From Tubulanus polymorphus (Eukaryota > Animalia > Nemertea), in contig NC_134028.1 in NCBI RefSeq assembly GCF_964204645.1, positions 11,703,263 through 11,767,262 of the forward strand: a DNA stretch of 64,000 nt, read 5' to 3'. Positions 12,616 to 25,272 of this stretch are shown in pieces. The position numbers were made by a program, and so were the translations under genes. Every line of letters starts with the position of its first letter. Position 1 is the stretch's first letter. Below the pieces are notes generated by a model that saw only the letters and a list, made by a program, of their open reading frames with translations, made no database searches and was not told the origin of the DNA.

Positions 12616-13979
12616 CAATGGTATTAAAAAAAGTATTTAAAATGGGAAGTGTTAATGTTGATAGATTTGGTATAAATGATATCTTAAAATTAACCTTAGC
12701 AGTTACTTTATCTAATTTAACTATTGATTATTAAGAAAAACAAAAATATATTCCTCCTATATAAATACATAATTATTTTACTAAATAAATGGCTTCTGCA
12801 GTTATAACTATTATCGGATCTGCAATTGTTAACGCTTAAGCATTTACTGGTGGTGGTTATTTATTTAAACATATTGATAAAAATGGATCATTAACAGAAC
12901 AAAAAAGACATAACTTAGCATTAGAGAAATATAATAAAGCAGCAGAAGAATATTGAGAAAAGAGACAAAACTATATGGATTATATTAACAAAGAATTATA
13001 TGATCAGAAGATTTCACATAGAGATTTTCAATCAGTTGATGATGCAATGAATTTATATAACGCGGTAACCAATAAAGAACAATTACATCTACATAAACCT
13101 ACAATATCAGACAAAACATGGTAAAGAAATAAGAATTAAACTAAATGATGTAATTACTAATTTAATAAGTAAATCATTTAACAATGCATCAATGATTAAT
13201 AAAGAAAATTATAATATAGAAAAAGTAATTGATTTAATTAAAACGCCTTTAGAATATTATGAATTAAATGAAGATGGAATTATTGATGATATTAAAAACA
13301 TATTATCCAAAATATATGATAATCATAAAAGTAGTAATGAAATAAATGTTGAAATAATCATAAATAAGATAACTAAATATTTTGATGATAGTAATTTTTT
13401 TGATAAATAAATAAGTGATAATAAGTGGATGATAACTGGATTATATAATGGAGCATTACTATCAGTTGGAACTGTAGGTTATTCAATGGTATTAAAAAAA
13501 GTATTTAAAATGGGAAGTGTTAATGTTGATAGATTTGGTATAAATGATATCTTAAAATTAACCTTAGCAGTTACTTTATCTAATTTAACTATTGATTATT
13601 AAGAAAAACAAAAATATATTCCTCCTATATAAATACATAATTATTTTACTAAATAAATGGCTTCTGCAGTTATAACTATTATCGGATCTGCAATTGTTAA
13701 CGCTTAAGCATTTACTGGTGGTGGTTATTTATTTAAACATATTGATAAAAATGGATCATTAACAGAACAAAAAAGACATAACTTAGCATTAGAGAAATAT
13801 AATAAAGCAGCAGAAGAATATTGAGAAAAGAGACAAAACTATATGGATTATATTAACAAAGAATTATATGATCAGAAGATTTCACATAGAGATTTTCAAT
13901 CAGTTGATGATGCAATGAATTTATATAACGCGGTAACCAATAAAGAAAAATTACATCTACATAAACCTACAATATCAGA
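12616..13979 (+). repeat. ~496-bp direct duplication (12616-13111 and 13484-13979)
   Basis: Near-identical sequence at an offset of 868, sharing the same stop codons. Confidence 0.93.
13411..13632 (+). pseudogene. Small hydrophobic protein
   Basis: GALLSVGTVGYSMVLKK...LKLTLAVTLSNL; start codon mutated; one internal stop. Confidence 0.5.
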
Positions 13980-14079
13980 TTATTATACCCCAAGTAATGA
14001 ACAGAAGAAGTATGAAATAATATGGATTTTAGGTGGAACTATTATTGTTATATTTGTAGCATATAGATTTACTAATTAG
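13657..14079 (+). pseudogene. Small membrane protein (hydrophobic N-terminus, helical middle, C-terminal TM)
   Basis: MASAVITIIGSAIVNA*AFTGGGYLF...EQKRHNLALEKY...IIWILGGTIIVIFVAYRF. Confidence 0.65.
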
Positions 14080-14100
14080 TAATTTTTTTTTGCTAAATAA

Positions 14101-14514
14101 ATGGATGATAATATTGATATTATTCCTCATAATATAAATAAAACTAAATTAAAAATATATTTAGAAAAACAAATATTAGAATTTGAAAGTGACTTAAAAG
14201 TTAAAAAGAAAAAATATTTAAAAAGTAAAATTATCTTATTATTAGTGGTTCGGTTACAATTAGTTCTGTCATAACATTTTTAGCAATATTCAGTCCATTA
14301 ACACCTTTAGCTATATCAATTGGCGTATTAGGTTTAAGTTCAAGTGTTTTAACCGGCATAAGTTCAAAATTGAATATAAAAAGTAATTAAGAAAAAATTA
14401 AAACTAATATAAAAGAAATTAATAAATTAAAAAATACGATTGATTATATAATAAGTTTAAACGGTCATATAACAGTTGAAGAAGATAAATTATTAAAAGA
14501 ATTAGTAAATTATT
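14101..14514 (+). pseudogene. Small two-TM protein
   Basis: TAAATG start; hydrophobic SVITFLAIFSPLTPLAISIGVLGLSSSVLTG; frameshifted. Confidence 0.5.
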
Positions 14515-14532
14515 AATTTTTTAATTATATAA

Positions 14533-15810
14533 ATGGGGTTTCCAAAAGCTTTCCAATATAATAAATCAATTAAATATAATATTCCTGCAATAGATTTTAG
14601 AAAAAATATTACATATAAAAATGTAGTTTTAAATTCATTAACTAATTTAGAAATTTATGTTACTGAATCACAGTTTTTTATTTCTAAAGTGGAAAATATA
14701 TTTAATACATATGAAGTTACTTTTACTCGAGATGAATATCATATATATAAAGTAAAATCCAATATGAAATATTGGCAGAATCAATTAAATTTTGCTGTTT
14801 ATTGTGCAACAACTGGTTGTGGTATAAGTTGGAATGATCATTTAAATAACTAAGATAAAAATTTGAAGTATTCTGATTTAAAATTAATTCACACAATATT
14901 TAGATTTCACATATATTTTCAAATCAGAATAATATTAAATGAATTAGAACGTCCTTTATCCGGATCTAAATATTTTAAAGAATTGGATAATAATATTAAT
15001 CTATCTAAGTTTTATAAAATATGTAATGAATTTAACATAAATATTAATTCCGATTTTAGAGCGCATGGTAAATTGCAAGGTGTTGGTGAAGAGTATGAAA
15101 TAAAAAGAATTTATTATATGCATAGAATTGGAGCTTATCATAATTATAAAATCGATAATAATAATGGTTGGGTTAATTTCATTTTAGAAAATGGTGAAGG
15201 TTTTAACAAATCAGGTATACAAAGAATAAATCAATCAATTAGAACTTATTTGATATGTATTTTAGGTGCGCAAGTTGAAACAAGATCACCAATAGTTGGA
15301 AATGATAACACTTCATTTGATACGCAGACACAATTCAAAGTATTATTTGAAGATTCCATTCATAATGATAAAAATAGATCTATTCCAGAAAACATTGTAA
15401 GATATCAAAATTATTTAGATAAATCACATATTACATTAAGTATTAAATATTGTATAGGTCCTAATCTATTAATTATTTCTAATGATTTAGTATTAAAGAT
15501 GGGAAACATAATTGGTTACAATAATCTAATTAAAACTGCAACAATAAATAATTCATTTGGATTAAATGATATAAATAAAAAGATTATTATTGCTCCAAAA
15601 TTAATGGAAGGTGAAAAAAATAAAAAACATATTCAATCACCTGAAACTAAAATTAAAAATATTAAATTGGTTAATGATTCTAAAATAAAAGATTACAATA
15701 CATCAGAAAAAATTAAAACTGATAATATTCAACATGACATAATTAAACTAAATGATGATAATAAATCCCATGAAAATGCTAAATTAGCTTTAACTTGTAT
15801 TATATTTTAA
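14533..15810 (+). pseudogene. Polinton-family hypothetical protein (~425 aa, one stop)
   Basis: ORFs 14533..14853 and 14863..15810 are in the same frame; YWQNQLNFAVYCATTGCG and FRFHIYFQIR motifs. Confidence 0.7.
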
Positions 15811-15833
15811 ATTTTAATTTTTTTATTATGTAA

Positions 15834-17278
15834 ATGGCAGAAGGCGGAGGAGATTTCGAAATGAAAAACATGGGAAATAATGATGATGCCAATACTAACG
15901 ATGATGATTATGTGTCTACTGATACTAATATTGATAATGATGATGAATCAGCATATAATTCTAATTCTAATTTAGCAGATAGTGGTTCTGAAGCCCCATC
16001 AACAGATGAATTTGATAGAAGAACTAGATCGAGAATAAATCCTGAAAATCAAGGTTTATCAAGACAAGATTTAGAAAATAAAGAATATATCTATAAATTC
16101 AAACCTATATTTGAAGATTCTGGATATAATATAAATGCCAGAGGCGCCAGACTTTCAGTACAAGAATTAAAACTTTTAGATAATGGTGAATATTATTATC
16201 ATTTGAAAGATGATTATTATATTAATATCACTTATAAACGTGAAAACAAAATATTAGCAGAATCAACTTTTAGTAATTTAGAACCATTTAGAATTAAAAG
16301 AATAAGTAATAATAGTAATGAAATAGAAGATGTAACAAAAGAAGAAATAAATCAAAATAAAAGAGTATTTAAACAAAGAATTAATGACTTATTTGAAACA
16401 ATCAAAAATAATTTAGAACCAGAAACAATTGCTGAAGAAGTTATTAATTCCAAAACTAGTAAACTTAAGTCAAACGAAGTTCAAACTGAAAAACTTTTAC
16501 CGAATGGATTACTTGATTCAACAGATCAAGAAATAGAAGCTTTAAGTATGTTTTCTAAAAAAACAATTAGAGAAATAATAAGTATACGAAATGAAGCTGA
16601 TAAAATTGCGCACGATAAAAATATTAGATATAATAAAATTAAACCTTTAGAAAATAAATTATTTGTCACCAGAAAAGAATTAGAACAATTAAAATTAGAT
16701 AGAGAATTTAAAGTTATTGAAGAAATTGAATTAAAAAAAAGAAATGCATATTTAGAAAAAGAAATTGATGATTTAGAATATAACATAGAATTTCAGAAAG
16801 AAAAAATGAAATTATTATTAAAATCATATGATTATTGTATTAATAGATTAAAGTTGTTGTTAAAGAGTTAATACTAAAACCAAATTCTGACATATCACTA
16901 AAAGATAGAATAAAATTATTAAAGTTATTATTATTAAAGTTTGAAGGAATAACAATTCTTTCAATTCTAACAGCTGTAACTATGGTATTTACAACAATTG
17001 GTTTAGTTATATCAAATGCTTTAAAATCTACTCCTACTCCCAATAAACCAGATAAACCTCCAAATAACAATTCTATACAAGATAAAGTTAAAGATGGTTT
17101 AAAGAAATTTGCAAAATATTTATGGGAACTATCTAAAAAATCTGCTGCAGCTTTACCAGGAATTATTGCATCAATTGTTGGTTTTATTTTAAAATCTGCT
17201 GGAAACATTATTAACTTTGCTGCTGAACATATTATTTTATTTTTAATTACAGTTGTAAGTGCAATTATTTTGGGTTAG
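15834..17278 (+). pseudogene. Large protein: acidic N-terminus, coiled coil, C-terminal membrane segments
   Basis: ORF 15834..16871 is frameshifted into GITILSILTAVTMVFTTIGLVIS...AAALPGIIASIVGFIL...IILFLITVVSAIILG. Confidence 0.7.
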
Positions 17279-17347
17279 TAAATATGATATCAAAAAATAT
17301 CAAGTAAACATGATAAAAAATAAATAATTAATTTTTTTGTTGAATTA

Positions 17348-18603
17348 ATGAGTGGGAGTTATATCAATCCTTCTAAGAATCATAGAATATCTAATGCTAT
17401 TAAAGCAGAAAGATCACATCATATAATTACCCATAACCCTTCTAATATTAATCCTGATGAAACTTTATATGTTAGAATTCCTCGATTAACACAAAATACT
17501 TTTTATGTTCCAAATAGTATTTATTTATCAGCCGATATAAAAGTAACCGGTAATAATAATTATTATGTTGTCGATAATGTTGGAAGATATTTGATTAAAA
17601 AATTAACAATAAAGATCGGTCCAGAAACAGTTTTCTCATTAGATGATTATAATTTATTTATGCATTATAAAGATTTATGGTTAACTAAATAATATGATAT
17701 TTCAAGGCATCCGATCAGAAAACCAAAATAAATTAAGATCAGGAGCTAATGACGCAATAGTAACTCGTACCGCAGATAATTTGATAAAAAAAGATCTATG
17801 GAAGCAAATATAAAATTCCATTAGACTTTAATTTGATAAATAATAATGCACCTTTATATAAATATGCAATTCAAGAAGATGTTATATTAGAAATAACATT
17901 TGCTCCTGTAAATGAAATTGTATTATCCAGCGTTGTTAAAGACATGGGTTATAAATTATCGAATATATGTTTAGAATATGATACAGTAACTGATGAAAAT
18001 ATTTCAAGTATAATTCCAACTAAATACAATCAAGGATTTTCATTATTATATGATTATATTGATAAATTTAAAACTGTAACTATTAATGCAAATGATGAAA
18101 TAATTAATGAGAATATTAACTTCCCAATAAGATCTATTAAATGTATATTAATATTTTTTACCATTGCAACATATTCTAATGGTGCAATACAGGTTAATAA
18201 GTATTATAATCCTGAAATAACAAAAGTAGAAATAACTATTGAATGATTAGCAAATAAAATATTTTGTCAAGGAATGAGAATGATAAATCAATGGCCAGAA
18301 ATTAGAAAACATTTTATGAATGAAAAAGTGAAATCATCTGAAAATTGTAATATTAATCAAATTGATTATTATACCGGTAATAAATATGCATTATGGTTAG
18401 ATTTTAGAACAACAGAGGATAATTCATTACATGGTTCTGGGAAAAAACTACAGAACACTAAATATGGAATACAATTATTCATGACAAAGAAAAAAGGAAG
18501 CCTAAATTTCAAAATGCATATTTATATTATATCTGATATCTGATATTAAATATTGTAAATTCTCAAGTAAATTCTTCAAATTCTAAGTAGTGTTATGTAT
18601 TAA
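17348..18603 (+). pseudogene. Putative double-jelly-roll major capsid protein, copy B
   Basis: Three collinear fragments totalling ~410 codons; beta-rich; the most conserved gene among copies A, B and C; THNPS, IPLDF and LWLDFR motifs. The fold is inferred. Confidence 0.72.
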
Positions 18604-18635
18604 AATTTTAACTTTAATAAAAATTTATATAATAA

Positions 18636-19508
18636 ATGGAAGGAGGTAAAGTATATAAACATATTCCATACATCGATACACATGAAAATAATGATGGTTT
18701 ATATTATGTAATACCTTGTAATATAGCTTTGATATTCGATCCTATTTTCAAAATTTATAAAACTAAACTAATAGAAATCGATAATAATAAAAGTGAAGTT
18801 GTTGATAATTTAAGTAATGTAATTGATAATAATGCAATACCTTCTACATCTAATAATGCAATACCTTCTACATCTAATAATGCAATACCTTCTACATCTA
18901 ATAATGTAATACCTTCTACATCTAATAATGTAATACCTTCTACATCAAATAATGAAATAATATTAAATATTAGTGAAAATAGAAATTATTGTGATTATTG
19001 TAAATGTGAATTTTCAAACGCCCCATCAAATTGGAATAAACATATGAATACAAAGGTACATATTACTTATGTAATAGAACGTGTTGGTTTAAGAGAATTT
19101 ATAGAACACCCATTTAAATATGTTACAAAGTTTTTTTCAAATAAAAATGTAAATGGTAAACAATTATATGAAGATTTATCATTAGCAACACCTAATAAAG
19201 ATGAATTAGATTTAACCGATGCTAATAAAATATTAGGATCAAACATTGTAAATGAAATATTAGGAGCAAACACTAAGAAAGATGATAATGAAAATATAGT
19301 TACAGATAAGCATATTGATAATAAAGATTCTATGAAACATAAAGTAGAAAATAAAGATATAGTTGAGATGACTAATAAGTATATCAATAAACCAATTATT
19401 TATGAAGATACGGTAGAGCATTTGAATAAATTGTTAGGGCCTGATGATGAATTGGAGAGTGATGATGAAAGTGATTCAGAAATTAATTATCTAACACTCA
19501 AAAAGTAA
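18636..19508 (+). CDS. C2H2-type zinc finger protein with NN(A/V)IPSTS repeats and an acidic tail
   Basis: YCDYCKCEFSNAPSNWNKHMNTKVH; intact 290-aa ORF with TAAATG start. Confidence 0.75.
   Translation: MEGGKVYKHIPYIDTHENNDGLYYVIPCNIALIFDPIFKIYKTKLIEIDNNKSEVVDNLSNVIDNNAIPSTSNNAIPSTSNNAIPSTSNNVIPSTSNNVIPSTSNNEIILNISENRNYCDYCKCEFSNAPSNWNKHMNTKVHITYVIERVGLREFIEHPFKYVTKFFSNKNVNGKQLYEDLSLATPNKDELDLTDANKILGSNIVNEILGANTKKDDNENIVTDKHIDNKDSMKHKVENKDIVEMTNKYINKPIIYEDTVEHLNKLLGPDDELESDDESDSEINYLTLKK
18827..18953 (+). repeat. 24-bp coding tandem repeat, 5 units
   Basis: AATAATG(C/T)AATACCTTCTACATCT repeated. Confidence 0.9.
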
Positions 19509-19877
19509 TAAAGGTTGAAAATTGTATGAAATAATAGTAAATAAAAAGGGGTTTTTAAGTATTTAAGGTATTAATACAATCTAATAAAATCTAATACATA
19601 AAATATCTTATTTTATAAACTTATATTCATATGGAAATTGAAGCCTCAGAAGTAATTTTGAACCTTTATTATTTTCAAACTTATTCATATATTAGTTGAA
19701 AAAATAAAAATAAATTGGTTGAAAATTGTATAAATAATATTTATTTTAAAAAAGGGGGTTTTAAGTATTTAAGGTATCTAATAGGATATCTAATACATGG
19801 TAGGTATTAGGGTATCTAATAGGGTATCTAATACATAGGTAACTAATAGGGTATCTAATACATAGGTATATAAATAG

Positions 19878-20485
19878 TTATTTTATAAATTTATATTTAT
19901 ATGGAAATTGTAGTCTCAGTAATAATTTTGAACCTTTATTATTCTTTAATTTATTCATATATTCATCATGTAATTCAGTAGGTATAATTTGATTTTCAAT
20001 GATTGTTGCATAGATTTTCTATTTTTGTTATAACATTAAACTAGAAATCTTATATTCTCCCTAAAGTCTTTAACAATTGAATTATATTTTTGATTTAAAC
20101 CCCATGTTGTTATCCCAAAATGTCTTCCAGAGAAAGCTAAATAACATAACTCAGTCTCTCTAACTTTTGAATCATGTAAATTTGCGCAATCATCTATAAT
20201 GAATAATGCATTTGATCCTTTATAAGTATCAATTGCTATTTTTATACAATTATCTAAATTTTCTTTTACTGTTTTAGGATTTAATATAATAAACTTTTTC
20301 ATCTTAACTATATCTCTATTATATGTTTTATTCATTTCATAAGTAGGACAGAATAATATTATATTATCAAAATGATTCTTATAAATAGTTTCTAACAAAT
20401 CTAATATGAAATGTGTTTTACCACAGTTTGCTACTCCAGTAACTAACATATTATGTGGTTCAAATATAAATAAATCTTTATTCAT
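19878..20485 (-). pseudogene. A32-like packaging ATPase, copy B, frameshifted
   Basis: GVANCGKT, FIIDD, SGRHFG; collinear with the intact 36458..37069. Confidence 0.9.
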
Positions 20486-21570
20486 TTATTCTTTTAATTT
20501 TACTAGATAAAATCCATTCATTAAATTTATCATCATATCTTTTATATTTCACCAAAGAATACTTTTTTATCTTCTAAGAAGAGTTTTTGTTTTCAATACT
20601 TTTTCTATTTTATATTCTATTTCATCTGGATTTGGTACAAGTGATAATTCTTGTTCATAGAAATAACCTAATATTTCTTCGTCTTTTAGATCTTCTAGTT
20701 TATAAACAAATGGTTTAGTTAATATTATCTTTTTAATCTTGAATATTTCTTCTGTAAAATTAGGGGTATAACCTTTATAAAATGTTTTTCTATATTTAGA
20801 TATTCTAACGTGTTGTCCAATTTTAAATTTAGGTTCGCCGAAATCGTGTGTAACAAATGCTCCATATAAATTATTCCATACTATTTCTGAATTATCTTCT
20901 TTTCTAGCTTGTATAGGTTTCATATTTATAGAACTATGTTTATATTATAACCTTTCACTAAATCATCTAATACATCGATATATTTGTATGTTTCATTAGC
21001 AGTAAAATATTTCCACATTCTAGTTTTCAATGTTTTATTAAACCTTTCTATAATAGATGCTTTTTTATCTGAGTGTGTTGAAAAATAATCTACATCGTTA
21101 TCAGATAATAGTTTTTTGAAATGTTTGTTATAAAATTCCTTACCTTCATCAAATTGTATCTTATCTGGAATAGCTTCTTTAAATATTGATTTAAAAGCAT
21201 TTGTTACTTCTATACCAGTTTTATTTTTGATTGGAATTAACCATGCGTATCTACTGAATATGTCTATAACATTTAATATCCAGAAATATCCTTTGTTGTG
21301 TTCTTCTAAGTTCTTCATATCAATTAAATCAGCTTGCCATTGTTGATCTATATATGAAACCATAACTTTTCTTGTTAAATAAGTTTTATCCATTTTCTTA
21401 TGGATTTGATATGTTGGTTGATTTTGTAACCATGATATCAATTCACTATATTTTATATTACCATTTTCTTTATCAGATTTAATTTTATTCCATAATTCTG
21501 AAACGTTAGAATATGATACTTCACTTTCTGGGTTGTAATATAAATCCCTTAAATATTGTTCTTTTTTCAT
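20478..21570 (-). pseudogene. rve integrase with chromodomain, copy B, frameshifted
   Basis: QADLIDM, QFDEGKEF and IERFNKTLK (DDE); collinear with 35374..36465. Confidence 0.93.
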
Positions 21571-21576
21571 CTTATT

Positions 21577-21972
21577 TTAATCCATTAATAATAATTTAGA
21601 TTTAGTTTCAATGGCTTTATGATTTGACTTATTTTCTGGTATAATAGGTTTATTATCATTGGAATCATCTTTATCATCAGATTTGAATTTTGATTTATAT
21701 ATTACACCGGATAATATAATAACTGTTACTAATCCAATTGTAATATATAATTTATAATTACTTCCACTATTAGAAGAATCAGATGGATTATTATTTGAAT
21801 CAATATCAGATAATTTCTGTGATTCATTTACATCAGTTAATTTATTTTTCTTAGCTTTTTTTAATTCTGAAGATCTTTTACCTAATTCTCTTGCCCATTT
21901 AATTTGTTTCTCGGATCTAACCTTTTTCTTAACGTCACTGTGTGGGCGCCGTACGGCAATACCATCACTCAT
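21577..21972 (-). CDS. Small single-TM protein
   Basis: Basic N-terminus and TM LYITIGLVTVIILSGVIY; intact homolog at 34999..35367. Confidence 0.75.
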   Translation of the reverse strand: MSDGIAVRRPHSDVKKKVRSEKQIKWARELGKRSSELKKAKKNKLTDVNESQKLSDIDSNNNPSDSSNSGSNYKLYITIGLVTVIILSGVIYKSKFKSDDKDDSNDNKPIIPENKSNHKAIETKSKLLLMD

Positions 21973-22578
21973 TTATTTTAGTTAATTTTTGTTCTGATTC
22001 ATTTTCTGTTTCGCCGTTTGGTTGTAGTACATCTGTTTCGTTCTTACCTGATTTATATTCCATAGGCTTGATATTCGAAAATGTTATGACGCCAGTAGAA
22101 ATTAATGTCATTATTCCTCCTAATTGGAATGAAGTGTATCCAACCCGGTTTTGTAATTCTGTCATAACTAAATAATCATTTTTTAAATCGCTATATGATT
22201 TATTTTCATCATCAATTGGTATAATCCAGTTACATAATTTAGAATAACATTTTATAATACCATCACTTATAGAGTCGTTTATTCTAGCTAATCTAGCTTC
22301 TTCATAAATCTTAAAATATTTTATTACTTTATCTGGTTTTATAGAGTCTAATTCTTGAAAAGTTATTATTTTTCCCAAGAAATTCCCAAGAAAGATTTCC
22401 CGCCAGCAATTAGTAATTCAAGATGGTGTTTACAATATAAATAGTATTCATAATTTATATTGTTATTAACTTGAATATTATTTTCAATTTTGGTCGGAAT
22501 ATCCTTATTATCACTAATACCTAAATCATCTAATGTTTTTTCAATGCTGGTATTATTCTTACTCGATTTCTTTGACAT
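21965..22578 (-). pseudogene. Conserved hypothetical protein, frameshifted (homolog of 34407..35006)
   Basis: Two fragments collinear with the intact gene in copy C. Confidence 0.8.
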
Positions 22579-22824
22579 TTATATTAGATAAATTTAATAA
22601 GAAAAATATTATAAGTATTATAAAATGATACCAGTATCTCTTTAGATTAATACTAGCTTAGTTAAAGTTAAAGAATTTTAGTATTAGTTATTGCTTTTTT
22701 AGTATTTTTTATTTGTGATATAAAGTATTCTTTTTTGAAAAGAAAATATAAAAAAGCAATAACTAATACTAGCTAGTTGAAGATATGTAATTTTTAATAC
22801 TTTTTATTTAAAATCTATTATTCT

Positions 22825-23491
22825 TTAACCACTCATTAAAGATTCAACGTATTGTTCAATATTTGGATCATTGTTCCATTGTTCAATAAATTTCTTTGCC
22901 TTTGTTAACTGTTCTAAATATAACTGTAAATCTAGTTTATTAGATTTGATTTGATTTTCTTTCTTTTCAAGAGGTCTTAAATTTTTCCAACCCCAAATAA
23001 GTTTTTTTATTGTATTCATCATTCATGTTAAATTTAGATATCGGTAACGTATGATCAATATGAAAATAATCTCCATAATTATCTATATTCATTTGACTAT
23101 CGAATTGAAATATAATCCATGATTTGAGAAATTCATCTGAACAACCCAACAAATTAGATAATGTTTCTGAATGTGTTTCTTTGTTGAATAATTGTGTTAA
23201 TCTAGATCTTAAGCATTGTTTCAATCTAAAATTAAGATCTGTTTGATATCTTTCTCTCATATATTCTGCCATATAATAATTATAATGTTCTATATTATCT
23301 TCTCGGTATTGTTTGTTATATAGTTTAGTGCAAGTTTTACAGCAATATTGAAAACCATCTTTGCTAATCTTACGCTTAGTAAATTCTGTTAATGATTTAT
23401 CTAATTCACACTTAGAACACTTCTTGTAGTATATATTTATAACACCAGTGTTATTTGTAATATTGATAGTTTGTGGTTGTTCTGGTTCCAT
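22825..23491 (-). pseudogene. HNH-type endonuclease with N-terminal CxxC...CxxC finger, frameshifted
   Basis: CSKC...KDG...CKTC, HIDHTLP and NLRPL...EN..KSNK. Confidence 0.75.
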
Positions 23492-23923
23492 TTATTATAC
23501 GTATTTTTTTACTAAATTGGTTAATATTTTAGAATCCTCTTCCATTTCTTCGACCAACGTCATCCTTTTTCATTCCTCGCTGGTCTTGATAAGTCGTTTC
23601 GATTCCTTGATATCTAAATCATACCACTGGGCAAAACCGCTCTTATAGGAGCGCTTTTGCTTAATGCGCATGCGTTAATCATAATTATATATTCATTCTG
23701 TAAATTCTGTAAAATAGAAACGACCGACATAAAGTATCAAAACGTGTTCGCATTAGGCAAAACCGCTCTTATAGGAGCGGTTTTGATCAATGCGCATCCG
23801 CTAATCATAATTTAAACAACTGAACATAGAACATTCACCAAGCATATTTACACAATACATATACAAGTATGTTCGATCGTTGTATTGACAAAATTTATAG
23901 TTTCAACTAATACATCATTTGAT

Positions 23924-24667
23924 TTATAATTCCAACCAGAACTTTTCAATTTCTGGATCATTGACAAGCATTTTTTCAATATCGTTTAAATATTTTACTA
24001 TATCAGAAAATGACAAACTTAAAAATTGGAATCTTTTATATGTAATTAATCTCCCCCCTACGCTTCTTAATTTTCTTTCATACCCAGCACTAATACCTAT
24101 ATATTCTTTAACCCAAGACGCCCAAGAAATCCCCGCAGTTTGTTTATAAAACATTAAAAATCCCCTATTTAAACAATCTCCGAAAATGATATAATCCCAT
24201 AAATGCTTTGCTTTTTTAAATAACAAGGTTCTATAATTTTTTTTAAATTAAACGGTTATTTCATTAAATGATGTTACACCTTCTATTTCTTTAAAACTTA
24301 CATCTTTTTCATTCGATAATTTTGATTTTAAAAACTTATTTAACTCATTTCCACCAATTTTCTTTTTAGTTTTTGTTCCTTTTAGTCTCAACAATATTTC
24401 TACATTGGTTGTTGGTCTTTTCGGTAATGATGTTACGCTTGATTGCTGGTTTTCTATTATTTTTTCTAAAATTAATGTCATTTCTTGGTGGTAATATAAA
24501 TTTTTTTTAACTTCTAACGTTTCGCCGTCTATATCTAAAGATTCTTTTACTTCAACACCCATTTCCATCGGTTCGTCTTCCTTCATTTCGGTTGGTTCGT
24601 CTTCCTCCATTTCGGTTGTCCTCTGAGAATTAAGAGTACTTCTTGATACACACGACATTTTATTCAA
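23924..24667 (-). pseudogene. Accessory hypothetical protein (two fragments)
   Basis: Adjacent same-strand ORFs; an N-terminal remnant (RESIEMEDKTL) is present in copy C at ~33310-33429. Confidence 0.55.
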
Positions 24668-25272
24668 CTAAAAGATATCAGCGGTAGAACAGGAACTGCG
24701 ATATTAAATGATATAAATATTTTCAAGTCTATCGCTTCTAATTATTATAACTTATTATAGTTCAAGTTATTATCTATCTAACGTAAAATAGAATTAACTG
24801 TAACTGTAGTTGTCAAAAGCACTTAAAGGTTTCATATTTAATAGCCCTAATAACTACAAAAAACAGTACTTACATTTAGATTTAGAATTGTAAACTATAA
24901 ACTCCTAATTTCGTTTTGAGAGATAGAATATCCTAAGCGTTATGTTACAGCGTCTATTCAGTTCCAGTGCGATTTCGAAATGAACACGTCGTCGATTATG
25001 CCACGTCATCTAGTTCCGGCACACCTTCTAGAATGTTCTACACGTTTGTGATTATGACGTGTCATCTCTATTCAGAGTTCCGGTACACCTTCTAGAATGT
25101 TCTACGCGTTTGCAATATTATGTCTCATATGTCTCGGCGTCATAGTAACAGCTGTAACAGCTGTGAATTTATTGATTTATTCAATAGTTCATTACATGAA
25201 ATGTATATAGGCTCAAATAGAATCATGTTCTAGTATAAACAGCTATGTATTATATCATGTATATATGTATGT

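Noticed and set aside
16526-17208. Minus-strand hydrophobic ORFs (also 19067..19387)
   Set aside because: Antisense shadows of Lys/Glu/Asn-rich plus-strand genes.
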